64,000 bases of DNA, from positions 96,001-160,000 of the forward strand of contig JASFQK010000006.1 of NCBI GenBank assembly GCA_050115495.1, in the 5' to 3' direction. The DNA comes from Phycisphaerae bacterium (GTDB lineage Bacteria; Planctomycetota; Phycisphaerae; UBA1845; Fen-1342). Positions 9,142 through 17,435 of this stretch are shown here, one piece after another. The notes beneath the pieces were generated by a model. It was not told the origin of the DNA and made no database searches. It worked only from the letters and a program-made list of their open reading frames with translations. Position 1 is the first letter of the stretch. Each line of letters begins with the position of its first letter. The position numbers were made by a program, and so were the translations under genes.

Positions 9142-9464
9142 TCTGTTAGCCGGTCAAACTGGGTAATACCAGGTGACTACCGAAACCGGAGAGCTGGCGA
9201 TAACAGAAGGGTATTGTGGATCCCGGTCGCAGAGCTGCTCACGGAAGGGCTGCAGACGACCAACCGCATCGGCACGGAACGGACGCCATGTCGATGCACT
9301 TATTCGCCGGGGGCCCTCGGCGATGCTTAGACGCCGGGTGGAATAGCTGACGCAGACGTCCTTAGGCCATCAACAGGACTCGTACCATACTCCGTGCTTG
9401 ATGGCCCCCTCGCTCAAACCCAACCCTCCTGAGGACGTCGGTTGGCTACCCACCCGTCTTTTTT
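9142..9464 (+). ncRNA. Candidate structured non-coding RNA of unrecognised class
   Basis: Sits in an ORF-free gap between convergent genes; extended -10 TGgTATGCT at 9130-9138; at least five hairpins or helices with G-U pairs favouring the + strand; ends in a long rod closed by AGACG/CGTCT followed by a T6 run. Confidence 0.45.
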
Positions 9465-9483
9465 GCGCTCACACCGGGAGCGG

Positions 9484-12426
9484 TTACGGCGACGCCGCCC
9501 GCCCCAGCCGAACCCAGCAGAACAGCTCCGCCGACCGCTGACCCTCCAACCCACGCCCCCACAGCAGCGGCACACGCGGGAAACCGTCGGCATCATCATC
9601 CACGTAACGAGCCGCGAGGCGTAGCTGCAGCCCCGGCTCCAGCCGCCCGCCCAGGGTCCCGCCCGGGATCGTCAGGTGGTATACGCGGATCTTGCCGTCG
9701 CTCCCGGGCTCGACCGCACAGCTCCACCGCTTGATGCGGGCGTCGTCCAGGGCCGCGTAGGCCGCCGACAGAACCGGTCGCTTGGCCGCCGGATCCAGCC
9801 GCACCTCGTAGTGACCGGGCGCATCCCGCACGGCGAGCCCCAGCACGAGGTCGTCCCCCGCCATCACCACATCCTGCTCCAGCGTCGCCGGCACGTAGCG
9901 CTCATCGCTCACCCGCACCGCCAGGTGCAGCTCCTTCTCGTCATACGCCGCGTAGACCTCGGCCTCGGCGGTTGCCCGCTGCCCCTCCTGCGGCGCCAGC
10001 CGGCCGATCAAGTTCTCTGCCCGGGTCAGGTGCTCTCCCGGACGTGACCGCTGCGGAATGTCCACGATCGGCCGCACTTCCACCGGCACATCCGCCCGAC
10101 GATCCGGCAGGCGAACCCGCAGCGTCAACTCGGACCGCTCGAACGACCGCCCCGCCACCGGCGTCACTTCCACCGACCGCTCCACGGTCTGCCCGGCCGA
10201 CGCCGTGAACGACTGCTGACTCGGCGTGGCGTTGAACGGAGCATCTTCCGGCAGGATCACCTGCAGCGAGCCGCGCGTCCCATCGGTCAGCGCATCGATC
10301 GCCACTGGCGCGGACTCGCCCGGTGCGCAGAAAACGACTGTCGGAACGCGCACCCATGGCCGGACCAGCGCGATCTGCGGCTCAGGCTGGGCGCTATCCA
10401 GCCGCAAAACAATAAAAATCGGCCGGGGCATCGTCGCGACCAGCGGCACCGTCGCCGTCCCCCGCACCGGCTGCCGACGGCGCTCGAAATCCCACGCCTC
10501 CAGGCTGCCCGGGACACCCTGGATCGGGGCGAGGACGGCGTTGGGGATCGTGTTCGGGCGCGGCAGCAGCACCGCCACGTGCCGATCGCTGCCGATGAAC
10601 AAAGCCGACTCGTATTCCGGAGGCGTACCGAGCAGCGGCCCACGGCATCCCGCCCCGGTGAGCATGCCCACTGCCGCCCCATAACCCAGCAGGCTCGCCT
10701 TCGGCGAGAAGTCGCGCCGGGCCAGACCTCGCAAACCGGCGGGGTGAGCCGGGTCGTTGTCGTTGTCACGCAGGTCGTCCCAAATCACGCCCGCCACGCC
10801 GGCCAGGGCTGCATGCACGTAGTGCCGCAGCACGGCCTCGGCATCGACCGCATACGTCGGACCATAGAGCGGCTGGGCCTCGTGCTCCCACCAGTGGTTC
10901 GACCGCCAGCCCGCCGGCGACGTGGCGCTCATGCCCTCCAGCGCCGCCACGGCCGTACCGGTCGACCCGGTGCTGCCGAAGCACCAGTCAATGTCGCCCG
11001 TCTCAACGGCCAGCGCCGCCGCCGAGTTCGCCCCGGCCGGCAGGGGCGGCGACAGCACGTGCACGCCGCCACGAACGGCCCCGACGCGCTCGCGGAGCTG
11101 ACGCATGTCAGCGGTCAGCGCGGCCACGTCCGTCGTCGGCAGCACGTCGCCTTCAACCTGGTAGTGCGCGACCTTCGGCCCATAGTGCCGCGTGAACTGC
11201 ACGAGCAGGTCGCCAAGCCGCGTCGTTCGTTCCGGCCCGGCGCGGCTCCACGCCGGCGGCTCGCTGACGATGATCAGCGGGGCGATGTCGACGCCCTTGC
11301 GCACCAGCGCGTCGACGACCGGATCGAGCACGCTGAAGTCATACGACCCCGGCGCCGGCTCGATCAGCCGCCACGGTGTCACCACCGCCAGCAACTGCAC
11401 ACCGACCGCCCGCGCAATGCCGATCTCGCGAAGCTGATCCGTCCGCGGCTCACGCAGCAGGTCGGTCCGCACGCCGAAGAACGTCGACCGCCCCCTCGGC
11501 AGAAACCGGTTCGACGGCGTCACCGCCACCGACGTGCGCGCGATGTACGGTGCACTCCAGTCGGCGGATTGCGCCCGGGCCACCAACTGATACAGACCCG
11601 GTTCGTCGATGCGCCGCGAGAAATCCACCGCCTGACGCGACCGGAAGTCCCGGCCGCTCGCCGGCAGCGTCATCACCGCCCGCCCCGTCTCCAGCACCGA
11701 CCCATCCGGCCGCATCCACGCCAACTCGATCGACAGGCGCAGCCCCTGGTCGCGCGAACGGTTCTCGATCTCAACCTGGGCCCCGACCGTCGCCCCTGGC
11801 GAATACAGCCGCGTCGGCTCGTCGAGCACGAACCGGCCGTGGATCATGTCCTCGCGGGCCACGCGGTGCTCGACGTGCAGATCGTCCAGGTAGAGCATCT
11901 GCCGCCCGAGCCGCTCCGACGTAACCCGCACGCCCTGGATCTCGATCGGCCAGGTGAGCGGACCGCCACCCGTCTTGCGTTGCAGCTTCGCCGGATCCAG
12001 GTCCACCGCCACCGGCACCCAGCGGTTGTACGTCTTGATCTGCTGCAAAGGCGTTTCGAAGAGCTGGTCACGCGCGTCGCGGATGCGGAAGGCTAGGCCG
12101 TACTCCCCCTCCTTCAGCCAGTAGAACATCGCCACGCGCCCTGCGCTGGCGAACCGCTCCGGTTCGCGCAACTGCAGATCGCACGCCAATGATACTCCCC
12201 GCCGCGTCGCCCCGATGTCCAGGGCCAGGCAAAATTGCCCACGGGCCGGCACCGCCCGCCGCGCCGTCGAACACTCCGTCGGCAGGATGTTCCGCAGCTC
12301 ACCGAACTCCGCGGCGACTGAGTCGTCCTCGAAGTCGGCCAGCACTGTGATAACCGGCACATCGGCCAGCGCCCCGCCGCCCAGCAGCGACAGCACAGCC
12401 AGCACCGCCGCCAGCACCGACGGCAT
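9484..12426 (-). CDS. Large secreted protein: CBM-like N-terminus, GH-A-clan-like barrel with degenerate catalytic motif, CBM9/DOMON-like C-terminus
   Basis: Real start probably ATG 12426 (MPSVLAAVLAVLSLLGGGALA signal peptide; TGATG coupling); TPWRLIEPAPGSYDFSVLD..VD resembles GH39/GH42; AEVYAAYDEKELHLAVRVSDE resembles CBM9. Confidence 0.7.
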   Translation of the reverse strand: MPSVLAAVLAVLSLLGGGALADVPVITVLADFEDDSVAAEFGELRNILPTECSTARRAVPARGQFCLALDIGATRRGVSLACDLQLREPERFASAGRVAMFYWLKEGEYGLAFRIRDARDQLFETPLQQIKTYNRWVPVAVDLDPAKLQRKTGGGPLTWPIEIQGVRVTSERLGRQMLYLDDLHVEHRVAREDMIHGRFVLDEPTRLYSPGATVGAQVEIENRSRDQGLRLSIELAWMRPDGSVLETGRAVMTLPASGRDFRSRQAVDFSRRIDEPGLYQLVARAQSADWSAPYIARTSVAVTPSNRFLPRGRSTFFGVRTDLLREPRTDQLREIGIARAVGVQLLAVVTPWRLIEPAPGSYDFSVLDPVVDALVRKGVDIAPLIIVSEPPAWSRAGPERTTRLGDLLVQFTRHYGPKVAHYQVEGDVLPTTDVAALTADMRQLRERVGAVRGGVHVLSPPLPAGANSAAALAVETGDIDWCFGSTGSTGTAVAALEGMSATSPAGWRSNHWWEHEAQPLYGPTYAVDAEAVLRHYVHAALAGVAGVIWDDLRDNDNDPAHPAGLRGLARRDFSPKASLLGYGAAVGMLTGAGCRGPLLGTPPEYESALFIGSDRHVAVLLPRPNTIPNAVLAPIQGVPGSLEAWDFERRRQPVRGTATVPLVATMPRPIFIVLRLDSAQPEPQIALVRPWVRVPTVVFCAPGESAPVAIDALTDGTRGSLQVILPEDAPFNATPSQQSFTASAGQTVERSVEVTPVAGRSFERSELTLRVRLPDRRADVPVEVRPIVDIPQRSRPGEHLTRAENLIGRLAPQEGQRATAEAEVYAAYDEKELHLAVRVSDERYVPATLEQDVVMAGDDLVLGLAVRDAPGHYEVRLDPAAKRPVLSAAYAALDDARIKRWSCAVEPGSDGKIRVYHLTIPGGTLGGRLEPGLQLRLAARYVDDDADGFPRVPLLWGRGLEGQRSAELFCWVRLGRAASP

Positions 12427-14243
12427 CAGGCTGAACCGTCCGCGTTCTGCACGACGGCCCGCAACGCCTCCAGTCGCTGAGCGTAGCTGTGATGCTTGCG
12501 CAGATGCCGGCGCGTCCGGTCGGCACGCCGGTCGGTCGTCCGCGGCTCCTGCTGCAACGCCGCGCTCAGGTCGTTCAAACCGGCAAACGGCAAGTAATGT
12601 TGTTGTGGTTCGAGAATGCCCCCCAGCGCCGCGGTGCGCGACTGTCCGCCCGGGCTGTGCAGCAGCAACGGCCAGCCGCTCGCCCCGGCATGCAACAGCG
12701 CCGGCGTGAGCGGGTCCGTGCCGCCGGCGAAGATCGCCGCCATCGGCCGACGTCCTGCGGGCACATCGAATGCGCTGCGCGCTAATACCTCTATCTCCTT
12801 GCCCGGCCGGCGAGCCCACCCATTGCCGATGACCTGCACCGTGCCGAGCGACGCGGCGATCGCCTGTCCGATTCTTTCCAGTATGGCGACCGGGATCAAG
12901 GCCAGCTCGATGCGCTCGATGAATCGAGCCCGCAAAGCGGCGTCGCCCAGGCCCGCACCGGCCTGCCGCTCGGCGTGCGCCAACAGCCCCGCCGGATGCA
13001 GCACATCCCGAGTGTCCCATACACGGGCCGCCTGTTGCTGAAGCCGCGTCCAAAGCTGCTGATGCGAGGGTTGTCCCGCGCCGCACGCCGCCGCGCTGTC
13101 ATCTGGATAATCGGCGATCAGCCATACTTCGCGTACCGGCGGCGACAAATCAGCGTCGGCTTGCGCGGCGCAACCCCAATACCACTCGCCTACGCGGATC
13201 CCCTCCGGGGCGGCCGCACGCAAAGCCGTCGCGATTCGTGGCGACGCCGCCAACCGCAGCACGCCGTCCGCCGGCAACCGCGCCGGCACATCCCGGCAAT
13301 CCTGCACCCATTCGCACACCACACCCGGCAACGGCACAGGCAGTCGCCCCGGCACCTGCCGCACGCACAGGGTCACATCCGGCGTGAACTCCGCCAACGC
13401 CTCGTAGTGCGGCAACATCCCCACGTCGACCGGCCCCGTCAGCGCCCGCCGCAATACAGGCCATCCAAGACCCTTCGTAGCTTGCTCAACCGCAACAGCG
13501 GTGGCGCGGGCCGTCGAATCCGGTGTGAGCGCGAGAACAGCCACCCGCGGCCGCTCCGGCAACGCTCCCGCCGCGCCAGCAGCCGGCACAGCCAGCTCCT
13601 TCATCCGCGCCGAGCGCCCGCCGGAAACCTCCTGCGCCAAACGCTCGCACACCGCGCGAACCTGCTCCAGCCGCGCCGCCGCCACCCCCGGCAGCACCAC
13701 GATATTCCCCGGCGGCAGAAGCCCGGTGTGCTCACTCAGCAACCGGCTCAGCGAGGCGTGTTCTGCGCCCGGCTGCGCCAGAATGCACCGCATCGACGCC
13801 ACGGCCTCCGCCACCCGCACCACGCGCAACACCGCCGCCAGAACAGCGAGATCCGGCTCAAACACATACACAGCGCGGTAATACGGCAATCGTTCGAGCA
13901 GCGACCCCAACTCCGCCCCGACCAGCAGCGCCGGAATCGACAGGTTCAGCTCCCCCAGCTGGAAGCCCGTCAGGAGGGCCTCAGCCCGAGCCGTGGGCAC
14001 CGCCGACCCGGACAGCCAGGCGGCGGGATTGCCGGGCCGTTCGGTCCGATAAGTTGGCCACCCATCGAGCGCGCGCACGGGCCGCCAGTCGGCGGGGACG
14101 GCGGTACACTCGACCGCCACCGCCAACTCCGGTTGCTGTTTCCGCAAGGCGGCGAGGTTATCGGCCCATATGTCAGGATCGGGAACCAGCGGCTCGACCG
14201 CGTCGAGGCGGGACAGGTCGATCGCCGGCGTATCCGCGCTCAT
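12426..14243 (-). CDS. MAF-like/glycosyltransferase-like protein
   Basis: N-terminal W.DNLAALR...P.L and VYVFEPD (MAF/methyltransferase-like N-terminus); C-terminal RRHLRKHHSYAQRL resembles the CgeB/Glyco_trans_1_2 end. Confidence 0.55.
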   Translation of the reverse strand: MSADTPAIDLSRLDAVEPLVPDPDIWADNLAALRKQQPELAVAVECTAVPADWRPVRALDGWPTYRTERPGNPAAWLSGSAVPTARAEALLTGFQLGELNLSIPALLVGAELGSLLERLPYYRAVYVFEPDLAVLAAVLRVVRVAEAVASMRCILAQPGAEHASLSRLLSEHTGLLPPGNIVVLPGVAAARLEQVRAVCERLAQEVSGGRSARMKELAVPAAGAAGALPERPRVAVLALTPDSTARATAVAVEQATKGLGWPVLRRALTGPVDVGMLPHYEALAEFTPDVTLCVRQVPGRLPVPLPGVVCEWVQDCRDVPARLPADGVLRLAASPRIATALRAAAPEGIRVGEWYWGCAAQADADLSPPVREVWLIADYPDDSAAACGAGQPSHQQLWTRLQQQAARVWDTRDVLHPAGLLAHAERQAGAGLGDAALRARFIERIELALIPVAILERIGQAIAASLGTVQVIGNGWARRPGKEIEVLARSAFDVPAGRRPMAAIFAGGTDPLTPALLHAGASGWPLLLHSPGGQSRTAALGGILEPQQHYLPFAGLNDLSAALQQEPRTTDRRADRTRRHLRKHHSYAQRLEALRAVVQNADGSA

Positions 14244-14397
14244 ACCCAATAGAACTCGCGCACGGCCAGCACGAGCAGGAAGACGAACCACCCCACACAC
14301 AGAACGATCCACACGTACAACGGCACGCGAGATCGTGGCACACCGGCACCAAACGGCGCAGGATTCGTCTCAGCGGGCGCAGGCGGCTTCTTCTTGC

Positions 14398-15576
14398 TCA
14401 TGGGCTCGATTTCCCATCGGTATCGGTTCCGGCCGCGGCCGGCGGTTCACTGGGTGGCTCATCGGGCGGCGGCGAGCCAGGCGGTCCCGTCGCCAGCCGC
14501 CGCACTTCCGGCAGCAGGTATTCCGCGCCGAGCACCTTCACCGTGCTGGTCACCGGAATAGCCAGCAGCATACCCAGCAGGCCGGCCCAATGCGCCCCGA
14601 TCAGCAGGACCAGCACGGTCGTCAGCGGATGCAGGCCGGAGGATTGTGACTCGATAATCGGGCTCAGCACGAACGACTCGAGCGCCTGGGCCGCCATGTA
14701 CACCACCATGACCAGGATCACCGGCATGGCCCAGTTTCCGCTCGGGGCGGTCTGGAAATACGTGACCACCAGGGCCGGAGGCAGGGCCAGGACGGACATG
14801 AACGGCACGAGGTTCAGCACGCCGGCCAGCCCGCCCAGCGGCAACCCGTACGGCACGCCGACCAGCGTCCAGCCCAGGCCGGTCGCCAGACCGACGAGGA
14901 AGCAGACGATCAGGCGGCCGCGGAAGAAGTTGGCGACGGCCCGGTCGGCCGTGCAGGTCACGTGCACGATCACCGGGCGGTAGGCCGCTGGCAGGTGATC
15001 GCGAATCGTACTGATGATCGCGTCAAACCGCCACAGGAAGAAGAACGTATACACCGGAATCAGCACGAACACCGACACCCAGTTGAGCACGTTGGTGAAC
15101 AGCTTCGTCAGGAACCCGAGTGTGGCGTTGGCCACGTCCACACCGTGCTGCGTAATGAGCGGGCCGATTTCCTGCCACCAGTCCGCGGCCGGCATGGTGG
15201 TCGTCGGCTGGCCGGTGCCGTGGTGCGCCGTAGCCAGCCATTGCTTGGCGGACTGCACGTACGTGCCGATGTTCGCCCGCAGCTCCACGGCCTGCTCGAC
15301 CGTCTTGAGCGTCACGAACAGCCCCACGATCAGCAGCAGGGCGAGCCCCACGCCGAACAGCACGCTCACCGCGAAGAGCCGCTGCACGCCGCGCTGTTCG
15401 AGCCGGGCCACCACCGGATTGAGGATGTAGGCCAGCACCGCGGCGACGAGCAGCGGCGTGAGCACCGGGCGCAGATCGAACAGCACCCAGCACACCAGCA
15501 GCAGCGCCGCCAGCACACCCGCCAGCCGCAACCAGCGTGCGGCGCCCTCCGATATTCGCGGCAGGTAGCGATCCAT
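14398..15576 (-). CDS. AI-2E family transporter
   Basis: PLLVAAVLAYILNPVV, multiple TM helices, QALESFVLSP, GLHPL, GLLGMLLAIP. Confidence 0.93.
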   Translation of the reverse strand: MDRYLPRISEGAARWLRLAGVLAALLLVCWVLFDLRPVLTPLLVAAVLAYILNPVVARLEQRGVQRLFAVSVLFGVGLALLLIVGLFVTLKTVEQAVELRANIGTYVQSAKQWLATAHHGTGQPTTTMPAADWWQEIGPLITQHGVDVANATLGFLTKLFTNVLNWVSVFVLIPVYTFFFLWRFDAIISTIRDHLPAAYRPVIVHVTCTADRAVANFFRGRLIVCFLVGLATGLGWTLVGVPYGLPLGGLAGVLNLVPFMSVLALPPALVVTYFQTAPSGNWAMPVILVMVVYMAAQALESFVLSPIIESQSSGLHPLTTVLVLLIGAHWAGLLGMLLAIPVTSTVKVLGAEYLLPEVRRLATGPPGSPPPDEPPSEPPAAAGTDTDGKSSP

Positions 15577-15591
15577 AGACTGGATTGTCGG

Positions 15592-15987
15592 CTATTCGTC
15601 CTCGGCGTCCAGAGGGATCATGTAGGAATCGAACGCCTCGTCGAAGTCGAACACTTCGTCGAAGTCCGCAATCGTGTCCGACTCCTGCGTCGCCATCTGG
15701 TCGAACTCCACGAGGAAATAGACGATCTCACCGAAGTCGCGCGTGCCACGGATGTTCCACTGGTTGAGCACTGCTCGGGCCAGCATGCCCCAGCGGCGCA
15801 GGGCCAGCTCCCGTAGACCCTCGCACAGTTCGCGGCCGGTGACGTGTCGCGGCGGGGGCCGGTCCGGCGAATCCACCATCTTGTTCGTGAATTCCAACCC
15901 GTCCTGGACGAAGATATACGCCCCCGGCGGATAGCGGCCGTCGTCGTAGATAGCCCGCAGGAGTTTGTCGCGACGGTCTTCTTCCAT
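15592..15987 (-). CDS. Planctomycetes/Verrucomicrobia conserved protein (Minf_1886-like)
   Basis: DGRY...AY.FV..GL, HVTGRELC.GLR..A...WG.LAR.VL..W.I..T.DFGEIV; GAGGTG RBS before ATG 15987. Confidence 0.8.
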   Translation of the reverse strand: MEEDRRDKLLRAIYDDGRYPPGAYIFVQDGLEFTNKMVDSPDRPPPRHVTGRELCEGLRELALRRWGMLARAVLNQWNIRGTRDFGEIVYFLVEFDQMATQESDTIADFDEVFDFDEAFDSYMIPLDAEDE

Positions 15988-16015
15988 GACCGCGTGCACC
16001 TCGGCGTCGGTCAGG

Positions 16016-17332
16016 TTAGGCGCTGGCATCGGCCGGCGGACCACCGGCGTCATCCCGCCGCGGCCGGCGCCGGCGACGACCGCGCCGCCGACTCGATCGT
16101 GGGCGCGGCGCCGTCTCCCCGCCCTCTGTCCCGCCCTGCGGTCCTGCCTCTGGCGCCCGTGGCGGCGCCTCGCCGGAAACGGACGGCCCCTCGGCCGGCG
16201 CGGATGGCGCCGTATCCGGCACCGCTTCGTCCGGACGCCGCCCCGACCGTGGACGCGACCCCCGGCGCGAACGCCGACGACCGCGGCTCGCTCGCTCATC
16301 CTCGGCCGCCGCGGGCTCACTCGGCGCCGGCGGTCGTGGCGGTGGCGCCGGCGGTGCTGGCGTTTCGCCCTCGCGCGGCGGTGGCGGCGGCTTCGGCAGA
16401 TCGAACGCCGTGATCTCCTCGTACGCCACCGTGAATATCTTGCCGTCGTCCCCACGCAGACTCACCAACTGCGTCAGCACCTGGTGATCCACGACCGTCC
16501 CTTCGCCCCCGGCAGTGGCCACGCGTGTACCTCGGCGCGGCAGCCGGGTGGCCAGCTCCTGGTACCCCTCGTTCTCGTACCGCAGGCAGCAGCGCAGCCG
16601 ACCGCAGCGCCCCGAGACCTTCGCCGGATCGAGCGTCGACTTCTGCAACTTGGCCATCTTCATGTTCACCGGGCGGAGCGACTTGAGGAAATTGCGGCAG
16701 CAGCACTCGCGGCCGCAGACCTCCCAGTCGGCCACCAGCCGGGCTTCGTCGCGGGCCCCCACCTGCCGCATCTCGATACGCGTGCGGTAGCGGTGGGCCA
16801 GATCCTTGACCAGGTCGCGAAAGTCGATGCGTCCCTCGGCCCGGAAGTAGAAGACGATCCGCTCGCCACCCAGCAGGTGCTCGGCCACCACCACCTTCAT
16901 GTCGAGGCGGTGCTCGGCGGCCACCTGCGCACACAGGCGGATGTCCTCCTGTGTGTGGGCGTTGAGCCGGCGATGCTCGTCGACGTCCTGTGACGTCGCC
17001 TCGCGCAGAATGCGGCCGGCGTTCGGGCGGCAGAAATCCTGCCCGCTGACACCGATGTACTTCTGCCGCTGCTCACGCGTGACGGCCTGCGGGTGATCGT
17101 CGCAGCACAGGTCAAGCTGCTGGCCAAGCTCGATGCCGCGATCGGTTTGCACCACGACGTATACGCCGCAGCGGCTGAGCGTCCCCGGCCGGCAGGTGAA
17201 CTCGCCTACCCAGTTCATGGCGCTGTACCGCACGACCGTGGTCGTCGGGCGGCGCCGGTTCTCGCGCGGCTCGGTTCGGTTGGAACCGTTCCGGGCTGGT
17301 TCGGGTCGCTGCGGTTCGGGGGCGTCACTCAT
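16016..17332 (-). CDS. ricT: PSP1/RicT (YaaT) family protein with low-complexity tail
   Basis: FYFRAEGRIDFRDLVKDLA...TRIEMRQVGARDEA, CGRECCC, KMAKLQ, SGRCGRLRCCLRYE. Confidence 0.9.
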   Translation of the reverse strand: MSDAPEPQRPEPARNGSNRTEPRENRRRPTTTVVRYSAMNWVGEFTCRPGTLSRCGVYVVVQTDRGIELGQQLDLCCDDHPQAVTREQRQKYIGVSGQDFCRPNAGRILREATSQDVDEHRRLNAHTQEDIRLCAQVAAEHRLDMKVVVAEHLLGGERIVFYFRAEGRIDFRDLVKDLAHRYRTRIEMRQVGARDEARLVADWEVCGRECCCRNFLKSLRPVNMKMAKLQKSTLDPAKVSGRCGRLRCCLRYENEGYQELATRLPRRGTRVATAGGEGTVVDHQVLTQLVSLRGDDGKIFTVAYEEITAFDLPKPPPPPREGETPAPPAPPPRPPAPSEPAAAEDERASRGRRRSRRGSRPRSGRRPDEAVPDTAPSAPAEGPSVSGEAPPRAPEAGPQGGTEGGETAPRPRSSRRRGRRRRRPRRDDAGGPPADASA

Positions 17333-17435
17333 GCATCACTCTCGGCCGGGCGGCTCGTCCACCATGGCCCCCGGACCGGCCGCGAGGCACGGTGCCGGCC
17401 GCCACCTCGGGCCACGGCACGCGCTCATTCTGGTC

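Noticed and set aside
9142..9260. c-di-GMP or glycine riboswitch, SRP, or RNase P identity for the structured region
   Set aside because: Only fragmentary resemblance; core consensus motifs are missing and there is no downstream same-strand gene to regulate.
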